A stretch of DNA of 63,669 bases, the filler included, from Hausera hauseri (lineage: Eukaryota): the NCBI GenBank assembly GCA_046269625.1. It is 13 parts of 13 records of this genome, joined end to end, with 100 filler letters (N's around TTAATTAATTAA, not from the genome) between each part and the next. Parts side by side here need not be neighbours in the genome. Positions count along the whole stretch, not along the records: positions 50,037 to 54,111 come from JBJURY010778648.1; positions 54,212 to 59,463 come from JBJURY010299056.1; positions 59,564 to 63,669 come from JBJURY010758763.1; 10 more parts are not named here. The stretch is one strand, 5' to 3'. The notes beneath the pieces were generated by a model. The model did no database searches and had not been told where the DNA came from. It was given only the letters and a program-made list of their open reading frames with translations. Below, one piece after another: positions 53,601 through 63,669 of this stretch (positions are counted from its first letter, which is position 1; the number at the start of each line of letters is the position of its first letter). Made by a program: the position numbers and the translations under genes.

Positions 53601-54111
53601 TCGCAAAGCCCAACTTCCACAACAGCACAATCTACACAGAGAACCAGGTGAACATCCATATGCTCAAGACATCGCTTGAGTTCAACATGCCTATATATGT
53701 GGGCATGTCAATATTGGATCTATCCAAGACCTTGATGTATGACTTTCATTACAACATCATGGTCCCCGCATTCAAGGAGCTCCACCTAATGTACATGGAC
53801 ACGGACAGTTTTATATACCAGATCCGCACAGATGATGTCTTTGAAAAGTATGCAAAATTGGAGCAGTATATGGATACACCAGACTATCCGAAGGATCATC
53901 CAAATTATTCAATTACCAATAAGAAGGTCCTCTGGAAGTTTAAAGATGAGGTGAATGGGAAGATCATTACCCGTTTCGTGGCACTGAGATCAAAAATGTA
54001 CGCCATCGATGTAAGTGGTCAGGCAAAGAAGCGGGCCAATGGAGTTCAAAGGGCCACATTAGCTAAAGACATTGGCTTTGGAGATTTTGAAAGTGTTGCG
54101 GGAGCAAAGTT
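50658..54111 (+). pseudogene. Nearly full-length protein-primed DNA polymerase B (Polinton/adintovirus) with several stops and frameshifts
   Basis: RGRSYIPL, VYCDFEAIL, RDHCHFTGKYRSAACNNCNL, FHNLSGYD, FIDSFRF, RKGVFPY, YLDANNLYGWAMS, NSVFGK and YMDTDSFIY. Confidence 0.96.
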
Positions 54112-55083
54112 NNNNNNNNNNNNNNNNNNNNNNNNNNNNNNNNNNNNNNNNNNNNTTAATTAATTAANNNNNNNNNNNNNNNNNNNNNNNNNNNNNNNNN
54201 NNNNNNNNNNNTGAAAAATCAATTATTTTAATAACAAAATTAGAAATGTTAGAATTTACAATTTCTAATGTTGGATTTGCATTAATTCGAATATTACAGT
54301 TGTTACGAATTGCTGAGTCATTCCAATTCATCATGATGAGTCATTGATATTTATCTCATTAGATAATCATCAGTGATTGGTGGTTTTTGTAAAAATGATT
54401 GTTGATGAGATTTCCTTATCTGATTAGTTAGAATGTCACACAAGTAGGAGATGCCGACGTTAGTTTGATACAGAGTATCACAGGGATGTGTTTTCCTTTT
54501 GTATAATCCTATAAGAGAAATGACGAAAGAGGGATTCGTAGATAACAGAAGTGTACTCTACCAAATGAGTCATTGATAGTGAGATTCAAAAATAGTGCAA
54601 TTCAAATATTCTGACGGTAGACAGGAATTCGATTTTTATCGAAATGCAGAAATTGTTTCCGATTTATCAACTACAAAAATTGTACATAATGAAAGTGCTG
54701 AATGATAAATACTAAACCTTTCATTTTGACATCTGCATGGAACATGTCAATAACACACCGTCATTTTAATTTAATAATTAAATTTTTCATAAACTAACTG
54801 CAGAGTTCAATAAAATTTGTTTTACCATCAAATATTTAGTGCTAAACATCTTTCGATGATTTATATTATCAATATGACGGCATAGAATCCACACATCAAA
54901 TTTAATTTGTTCCATCATTTTGTGGGTGATGTTGGGTGCATATTTGCATAGGATATAATGGAGAAATTATGCTAAATGAAACAGAAGAACAAAAGATGAA
55001 ACGAAAACAATATCAAGTTGAATAAAGAACAAAATGCAATGATAAAAAATCAAATCAAATCATGCAAATTCAAATGATATCTG

Positions 55084-56019
55084 ATGAGCATGGTACAGGT
55101 TCAGATTCGAATTAAAAAACGACTGAAAAAATTGAGAAGTAATCCATCATTGCATGAAAGTGAAATTTATCGACCGAAATTCAATGCAAAACGTAAGTCT
55201 AAAACTGAAATAGATGCATGTATAAAACAATTTTGTATTGATCGAAGAGAAAAGGAACCAGAAACAGAAATTGCTAGGCAACGAATTTTACGGCGCATCC
55301 AATATTACAATCGCAAACGAAATAAGACTGAAGAACAAATATTAAAAGAAAAAATAAGGACAATGCGAAAACAAAATAAAACTGAAGAGAAAAAGTTAAA
55401 ACGAAACCAATATCAAACTAAATATCGATTGAAGTGTTTACAAAATGAAACAGAAGAACAAACTCGGATACGAAAACAACGTAATATTGATTATTATAAA
55501 AAACGTAAACAAAACGAAACACAAGATGCAAAACTGATACGAAGGCAATACAATCGTGAATACTATCATAAACGAATGCAAAACGAAACAGAAAGGATAA
55601 AACGAAGACAATATCAATTTGAATACCGTTATAAAAAATCCAATAAAATCACACAAATTTATCAAAATGAAATCGTGACAAACAATCAATCAATACAAAA
55701 CATTTCTGAATTAGTAAATCGAGCATTCTTACAAATTGACAATATTAATAAACGACGAGAAAGACTATCGAATTTTTATCGTGAATTGGTAAAGAAGAAG
55801 CTGGAAAATATGCCAAATTTAAGAAACAACTTTGAAGACAAACAAAAAGAAATGATTAAACTAAAACTGCAGGAGAATGAAATTCGTAATAAAAGTCAAA
55901 CAGTGAAAAGAAATTGCCAACCAAAATATGTTCGCAAGCGAATTCCAAATGGAACTGAAGAAGAAGCAACCAATTTGGTTGAATATTCAAACACCAAGGA
56001 AACGATTGAATGTTCATAA
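55084..56019 (+). CDS. STPR-like 23-aa repeat protein (putative DNA-binding)
   Basis: Tandem 23-residue units KTEEKKLKRNQYQTKYRLKCLQN, ETEEQTRIRKQRNIDYYKKRKQN and ETQDAKLIRRQYNREYYHKRMQN. An AATAAA follows the stop. Confidence 0.7.
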   Translation: MSMVQVQIRIKKRLKKLRSNPSLHESEIYRPKFNAKRKSKTEIDACIKQFCIDRREKEPETEIARQRILRRIQYYNRKRNKTEEQILKEKIRTMRKQNKTEEKKLKRNQYQTKYRLKCLQNETEEQTRIRKQRNIDYYKKRKQNETQDAKLIRRQYNREYYHKRMQNETERIKRRQYQFEYRYKKSNKITQIYQNEIVTNNQSIQNISELVNRAFLQIDNINKRRERLSNFYRELVKKKLENMPNLRNNFEDKQKEMIKLKLQENEIRNKSQTVKRNCQPKYVRKRIPNGTEEEATNLVEYSNTKETIECS

Positions 56020-56229
56020 AATGTTTGTAAATAAAATATCTGTGTCTTCAATTAGTCTCTTTATTCAGATCAATATTTAATACATTCACGAACTGTCCCA
56101 CACCAAATTTAACAAACAATGAAACATGTTAAAATAAAAACTTTGTCAAAACGTGCGAAACGTCACCGTATCCAAGTGTCTCGTAACAAAACTTACATTG
56201 AAATAACAGATGAACCAATTTTAATTATT

Positions 56230-56601
56230 TTTAGCACGAACATCACGTTCAAGTCGGGGCTGGATAGACGCCATTCCTCCTTTGTAAGAAATGACGTTGT
56301 GGTCTTTCAGTCACTTTTGAGTGCTTTTGCTGGTATGAGATGGTGCTCCGTCCGGATTTCTTCTCTCATCCTCTTGATCAAGTCCATGGTCCTCACTGTG
56401 AGCTTTCGGCTTTGACCATGACGGATCTTGATGCTTCCGATTTCCATGTGTCGTATTATGGTCCTTTGAACGAACATTTTTTAACTGTGAACGTTTGCAA
56501 AGCGTAAATAGGCATTAGTACAAGTTTCAGCTTAAAAATGCACAACCGTAATTAGATACGCGGCTTTAAATTACAAGTAATACTTTGACCTGGTCACCCT
56601 G
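56230..56601 (-). mobile_element. Internally deleted Tc1/mariner remnant
   Basis: TA-CAGGGTGACCAG terminus at 56601, plus a WRLSSPDLN motif. Confidence 0.6.
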
Positions 56602-56734
56602 TATAGTTCATAAAGAAGTAATCATAAAAATAGTCTTATTTTATTTTTCGATACAAGATCCATTAGCCGCGACACATTTGTTTCACCTTATATGTAGATG
56701 CACTTTTGAAAAACTTTTTGGATTCTGGAATGTA

Positions 56735-57840
56735 CAGTGTCGATCATCAGACCCCCGACGTTGAAAATCTCAGTTAATTAGACACTAACTTCATCTATCA
56801 GGTAGTAATTTGTTTGATTTGGAGGTTTCTAACAGTTTTTTAACAAATTTGTTTGCCTAGTGAAGGGTAAAAATAAGCAACTTAATGATGTTATTAAAGG
56901 GCAGATCATTGCGTTAAAGGAACATTCTTCTAAATCAACAAGGGAAATTGACAATTATTAAATATTTCCCAAAGCTCCGTAGTTTCATGGGTCAAAATGC
57001 ACAAAAAGACTGGTTCAACCAAATCCAAAGTAAAATCTGGAAGACCCAGAAAAACAACAAAACGGTTTGACAGGCAATTAAGACGTGAAGCCATGAAACA
57101 CCCTTTTGCCACTGCAAATGAAATGAAAGCGAAGTTAGGTTGTACAGTTTCCGTAAGCACAATAAAAAAGCGATTACATAACGATTTTAACTTGATTGCT
57201 AAGCGTCCCAGGAAGAAACCTCTAACAATGTTGGCAATGAAGCAAAAGCGGTTAGAATTCCGCCGGAAGTTCAAAGATTGGGGTCAGAATCAATGGCCGA
57301 GAGTCATGTTCAGCGACGAATACTCCTTCGCATGTCTCAAACCTCAAAACCAGTTTGTCAGAATTCCTTGTTATGTCTCACCATTAAATCCACATTAGAC
57401 TTTTAAGGCAACAAAGCATCCTGATTCTGTTATGGTTTGGGGCTGCTTTGGATAGGAAGGTCATGGAGCATTAACCTTCTTAAACCAAAAATAACAATGA
57501 ACACCCAACATTATTTGGAAATACTTGACGAAAAGCTTAAACATTTATGGATATTTTGAACTGCAACATTTATCAACTGGACTCTGTATCCACAGTAGCC
57601 TTAGCATGGTTCCGAACACATCGGATTGAGGTCTTTGACTGGCCAGGAAACAGCCCAGACCTCAATCCGATTGACAAACATGTGGCGAATTGTCAAGAAC
57701 GAGTTGCATTCAACAGATGAACTCAAATGTGCTATTACAAATATTTGGTGCCGGTAAATAACGCCGGAGATCTGCAAAATCACTTATTAACAGCATGCCC
57801 AGACGAATTAATACTATAATGTGCTATTTTGCTTATTCAA
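56735..57840 (+). mobile_element. Decayed Tc1-family transposase
   Basis: TA-CAGTG start; GRPRKTT, SVSTIKKRL, VMFSDE, KHPDSVMVWGCF and WPGNSPDLNPI. Confidence 0.92.
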
Positions 57841-60232
57841 TAAAATCAATAAATTTTTTACGTTTTAAACCAAAACATTCAAAAGATTCAAAAAAATTAT
57901 CGTAAGTGTAAACTTATGAGCAACATTGTTTCATCAACAGAAACAATTTTATTTAATAAAAAAACCCTACTTCCTCCAAAACATTTAAATTCTCATGACA
58001 ACAGGCGAGACTATCTAATTTCATGTCAGCAGTCAGCAACACGGACACAAACTTCGACGAAATCTTCGAATAACCTGAATGATGAAGAATCTTATGACAT
58101 CAACTTTCAGAAATTGATAATTTTTCACTTAATTCTGCCTTTGTTATTCGCAAATCTTCAAGTCGCTCTATTTTTGTCTAACAGTCAAAATTATTTGGAC
58201 GCCCGGTGTTTGGTTCATCATGAACATCGGTTCTCCCACATTTAAATTGATTTATCCATCTATAGATTGTTGATCTGTAAGGACAGCTATCATCAAATCC
58301 TTCTTTCAACATTCCAGTTATTGTTTCATTATCCTTTTTCAGTTTCACTAAAATTTGATGAAACTGGGCACTTCACAAGAATCATAATCAGAAATACTTC
58401 CAAAATAAACAAAAACATCAATTATTTTTAAAACTGCAACTAAAATATGATGAAGTCGTGCAAGTTTCTACAAACTAATGTTTCCACAGAATTCCATGCA
58501 TCGTGTTATCGTTAGAATATGCGTACTGTTAAGTTTTAAGGTCATGAAAGAAGTTTGAGTTTCGAAACCTCAAATTTATGCTCTTATTTATCTCTGATAA
58601 TTAGCCTGGAATTTCTATTTCTGCGATGCTCGGATATTTAATTAGTCTTTTTAGCATCCTGTGGGATTGCCTTAGGTTATTAGTTGATCTTATGGTGAAT
58701 ACCGTTTAGCAGGGACACTGACGGATTGCCGCTTTGTTAATGGTCGGAATACAAAAAAGGGTCCGCTATTTATTGAATTAATTAACCCATATTACTACAA
58801 GATTACTTAATTGTCATTCCAATATTAGTAAAAAAAATTAATCAGTAAAAATAAAATGAAAATAAGAGAACATCATGCCAACAAGAGTCATAACGATGCA
58901 TCATAACGTCGAAAAAGTTGTCGTGAATCAGTTTATGGTAGATGCATGTACAGCTAATCTAGGAGTGCATATGGTTCATAAAAATTGTAGTAAAATGTTA
59001 TCACCTTTATAGAAATACAATAAAAATTCCAATGAAATATAAAAAATTTTTCATAAAATAGGGTTTTCAGTATATTCCAAAATGAAAAAGTTATTGATCA
59101 ATATCAGGTAACAGTTTGCTTTATTTTATTGTTTTTGTTGCAGGTGTCGCACTGCTCAACTACTCAACTGCTCAACAGTACGATTTTTGGTCTAGTCGCA
59201 TTAATTGTTGAATGTAACATATGTTAACAGACATATTGCATGTAAGTGTTGTAATATAGCTTAGTAGTACCTTAATAGCAACAAGCTAATGAAATTAAGA
59301 TCTTGTGATGGTTAATGAATAAGTGCCGTATGGTCTAGACTTGATTTTTCCTATGACCATTTTGTACCCAAAAATAGCTTATTTTTTCTGCACCATTTTC
59401 TACCACCTTTTCTAACCGTTACTTAGAATAGCAACATTTTCTTAATAGAAAATGTCACCAAAANNNNNNNNNNNNNNNNNNNNNNNNNNNNNNNNNNNNN
59501 NNNNNNNTTAATTAATTAANNNNNNNNNNNNNNNNNNNNNNNNNNNNNNNNNNNNNNNNNNNNGATTTGCAGAACTCACTGATCGACCTGCGAAGTTTGT
59601 AACGACTTTAAATTTTGCACTTCAATGGTAAAAGAAACGTGGTTTTACATGAATTTTACTCAATTTTCTTTGGGATCATGAATCCGGAGTACTTACAACC
59701 CGGAAATGCAAACATGTACATCAACTCGTAAGTTCTATCAAAAAAAATAATTAATACACTTGTATGTGAAATGCGATCTTATAAAAACTCGAGCTAGACC
59801 TTGTTACTATGTCTCGAGACAAAGTCTCTATCCAAACATCAATATATGATCAATAAGTAAAAGATCAGGACTTGGTAAACAACTTGCTCATTTTGTCTTC
59901 TAATATTAATGGTGAGAACTTTGACCAGACACGGCCCTTGTTATGAATCTCTAAAAACATAAAGGAGTGTCAACAATTAGTCGAAGTACATAATGTTGCA
60001 TCATTCAATCAATACAAAGCTGATTAAGAAGTGGGAATATAAAAACTATTTCAATTTTATTAATGAAAATATCCCCGCCCCACCCCTCAAAAATACATAA
60101 CACATCACATAAAACTTTTGCATTGGGATCTCCAACCAAAGTGGAATTTCAATGGCAATCGGAATACCGTAATCTTTACTAAATTCATGGTAAACAAATA
60201 GAAAAAAATATTAAATTCTATATGATTTCATT

Positions 60233-60955
60233 TTACAATTTTTTGAATTTTGCTGTCAGCCAAATTCGATACATTTTCGACTGTTTGGCCCGATTGACGA
60301 TGAGTCTTCTGTCGGTATACATTTGCACTTTTTCAAACAACATACCATCAATTGTTCCGAACAGCTGCTCGACGTCCTCTAAAGATACCTAAGGATTCAA
60401 CGAAATATACCGTCGAACCTTCAGTAAATAAATACGCCAAAGTTCCATCACCACGCACGTACAAATTATCGTCCAAGCAACGGCCGCTTTTGAAACGAGT
60501 TTGTACCAAATCGAATCGACCGTAATCACGGAATAAAAACAATCCACCCGGTTTTAAATATTTTGCTAACGATTTAACAGCAATTTTCATTCTTAATGAA
60601 AATGAATTAATTGCATTAAGAAACAACGAGTACTTTTCTGGTGTAATTGCAGATAGAACGAAAATTAATGTAATAGCATCAAGACTATTCGGTGGAAATG
60701 GATACTCTTGATATGGTTTTGTGACATCAGCAACAAATGCCATACAGCTGTTATTTTCATTGTACAATTCGTGAGCCTAATTTCTCAATTGAAACATCAA
60801 AATGACAAAAGTTTACCTTCAAAATGCTCACTGCCGCTTCTGACAAATCGCAACCGTAAAGATACATTTTTTCTCTAATAACAGAAATCAGTTAAAGTAT
60901 TTATTGTAATGAATTAAATTCCAACCTATTTCGAGCGATCAATGGAATAGGACAA
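60233..60955 (-). CDS. METTL2/METTL6-family tRNA m3C methyltransferase, 3' exons
   Basis: Spliced product NCPIPLIARN / YGCDLSEAAV / LIFVLSAI..LKPGGLFLFRDYGRFDL..RF..YVRGDGT / DRRLIVNRAKQSKMYRIW. GT-AG introns at 60777-60816 (40 nt) and 60875-60925 (51 nt), plus two of about 40 nt. Confidence 0.9.
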
Positions 60956-63669
60956 TTGAACGTAAAGTAGAGAGCACATTTTAATGATTCATCTGCGCGT
61001 TAGGTATAAAATCCTTTCCATGTTTTGTGCGAATATATGCTCGGCAATTTCTCTGTGAGCTCCAATGCTATATATGTCCTAAAAGAGCTCCTCTTCTGTT
61101 ATTCCATCCATTTAAGAAAAATGCTCATCATCTCGTCTCTGCGTTACTGCTGTTGCAGATGTGCATTCCTTCTCCTTTTTGGAAACTCGATAAATTAGCA
61201 GTCTGTCCAGCCAACATTGAACATTGTACCAGGAAATACATACAAACAAATTTCCTTTAGCGACATGAAAATTATAGGTCGGTTAAAATGTTACTTTTTG
61301 GTTGCATGACAAGCGAGAAGCGATACTGCACAAGTACCTCTTTAAGATCACCGACAATTCCTCTATGTACGATTAGTACAGGTAGAGCCTCCATCGAGTT
61401 TTAACCGTTTGCAAACATGCTCCAATATTCTCAGTTTACTAACCGTTCTACTGTATTTCTAATTTGGAACATATTAAGATATATCCTCTTTTCTGATGAT
61501 GTTTCGTGTATTACTCTGTCGCACGGCCTTCTCCGATGATATTCTGCAGATCATCTTTAATATATTATATTGAGTGGAATTCACTGATTTCCCAAAGAAA
61601 TGTACCCATAAAATAGGAATTCTATGAAATTCCCAAAAATTCTACAAACGCATTAAAACGTTTGATTTTCAACAATACTCAGTGGACAAATTATTCAAAA
61701 TATTCCTAGTTAAGTTACGATCTAATTCGTTGCCAAAACGTTCACCAAATTTTTAACCAAATCAAATAGATCAAAATATGCAACAAACATATCACAACAG
61801 AAAGACTTAACAGAAAATGTACACGACAAGATGATGATAAATTTGAATATTGCATAGTGTCTCTCTGAGACATCAAATTAATATAATACATGAAACATAA
61901 AACATTTCCCTTTGAGTTTGTCTGCCGAACTTCCATTCGTAAGTACAAGTCGGTACTGTCAAACTCTTGAATCACCTGCAGACGACTATCTTTATACATG
62001 TAAATCAAATAGATAATCAACATACCAGAAAATAATTCTGTCAAAAGAAGTCACGAATTGTTTCTCTGTTGTTTACAATTGCTTGCTCGACTCGATTGGA
62101 ATTTTCTGTTAACATTTTACACAAGAAACTGCTGAATAGAAAATATCATCCTGAAATGGAATATACCATCCGAACATGGCCATTTTGTTTTTCCGCATTT
62201 GAAACGACATTTTCTAATAATCAATTTTGATGTTATGAATGTTTGTGATTTTCTGAAATTATTTTTTATATAGATTTTATAATTTGGATATTTCAAATAT
62301 TGCATTGTTAGCATTATATTTTATTCTGATTGAACTATTTTTTTCACGTTTCTGGTCATAAATTGTCATCAAGAGTTCATATGGCATTGCAGTTTACTTT
62401 TACAATCACCCTATGAGGTATCAAAACAATTAAAATTAATATTTTTATTTTATTAAGTAAGCCTAATTTACGAAATGTGCCCCAAAAAACGGCACTTAGG
62501 AAGTATGCTTTAACTACCATTGCATTATGAAGATCTAATTAGATTTTTCTTATGTTCTTGGTTTTCTAAAGTTATTGAAATAAATGCTGCATTTAAACTT
62601 CGAATTTAAAACCAGACTTGATATAGACAAGATCACAGAATTTTTGCAGAATTTCCAAAATTTAATTGACGCAATTATACAACGATTTGTTATTTATGAT
62701 GGATTACCCTGTAGCATTGGGACTAAGAAATCTACGCCAAACAGCCATATACAATGACTAATTCCCGAGTATACAACATTTTAACATGAAAGACGCAAAT
62801 AAATGGCCCACAGATCCCAAAAAAGAACACAAGATAACAAATAAGTCATGAAGCCAATTTATGAAAAAACACTAACCGAGTTGCACCCGAATCAAAACGA
62901 TCAAGCCGTTCCATAATAGAAAATCGTCTATTTTCATTTATGATTTATGCGAATGTGTTCTTGCGACGTTTAATAATTACGTTTTTATTCTATGCCATTG
63001 CTCCCCACATGATCAATTCCCGTTCTATCATGACCATTACGAATATATTTGCTCGTTCAGACGTCGTCGGCGTATATCCTATTCTACGAGAGCTATAACA
63101 TCAAACAAGCCAGCTACCAGAATTGACAGCTGTTTGTGTTGTCGATAACTCGTGTGTGTCTCTGTGCCAACGACAGACGTCTGCACTGCAATATTTGCTT
63201 TCTGGTTTTCACTGCTTCGGCCGGAGATAGAATTACTTTCAAATAAATTATTGTCTTTTTCCATTTGGTCTTGAGTTGTTTTTGATTATTTTTTTCAATG
63301 GTAACTTTCGGATATTGTCAGGGATCGTAACAATGTGTGTTTTCAGAAAATTTTATTTAAATATTTTCATGGAACTTCTTCACTATCCCTAGCCAATAAG
63401 TTCATAAAGTTCACTATCATTTATGCGCCGTCATTCTTCTGGCAAACTAAAAAATTTCCACCTGATATTTCGTGGCTTATGTTTGAAAGAAGTTATGACT
63501 TTATATTAGGTGGAAATCCTTTCATTTTTACAGAACATTGAAATCTAAAGAAGCTCAAAAATACGGAAGAAACAATTATGAATAAGTGATTGAAAGTGCG
63601 TTGTATCACAATTCAGAAGTCCCAATTATTTAAATTATATTGTTTTTTACATATTGGTAAATATCCGGA

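Noticed and set aside
61000-61560. Possible MULE/SWIM transposase remnant
   Set aside because: The motif resemblance is too weak to support by eye.
1-63669. Alternative genetic code explaining the many in-frame stops
   Set aside because: All three stop types and frameshifts occur in the elements, while the METTL exons read cleanly in the standard code. This fits neutral decay.
59564-63669. Assigning a host species (e.g. an orthonectid-like compact invertebrate)
   Set aside because: Intron size and AT content are only suggestive; a sequence search is needed.

Overview
The window is not one continuous locus. It is 13 short contigs (about 4-7 kb each) joined by N-padded TTAATTAATTAA all-frame-stop linkers. 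The DNA is AT-rich and eukaryotic, with 40-51 nt spliceosomal introns, and probably comes from a compact invertebrate genome. Decayed mobile elements dominate. (i) There are three Polinton/Maverick-type protein-primed PolB remnants, plus a Polinton/adintovirus-like structural block (packaging ATPase, chromodomain integrase, minor capsid) that also carries a divergent TATA-binding-protein-like gene. (ii) There are several ordinary Ty3/Gypsy remnants, one nested inside another, and Tc1/mariner remnants. (iii) Most strikingly, three contigs (11850-16157, 20754-24913, 29329-34436) and possibly a fourth (34537-38728) tile a large, complex-retrovirus-like Ty3/Gypsy family. It has a chuvirus-type class III fusion glycoprotein upstream of pol and a second type I membrane protein encoded straight off the integrase C-terminus. 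A conserved UGA-CAA-YUA readthrough signal and hairpin lead into a long novel accessory ORF that ends in a RING finger, followed by the PPT and 3' LTR. Host-like genes are a METTL2/6-type tRNA methyltransferase, an STPR-repeat protein and a few exon fragments. All family assignments come from motif recognition by eye; no database searches were run.
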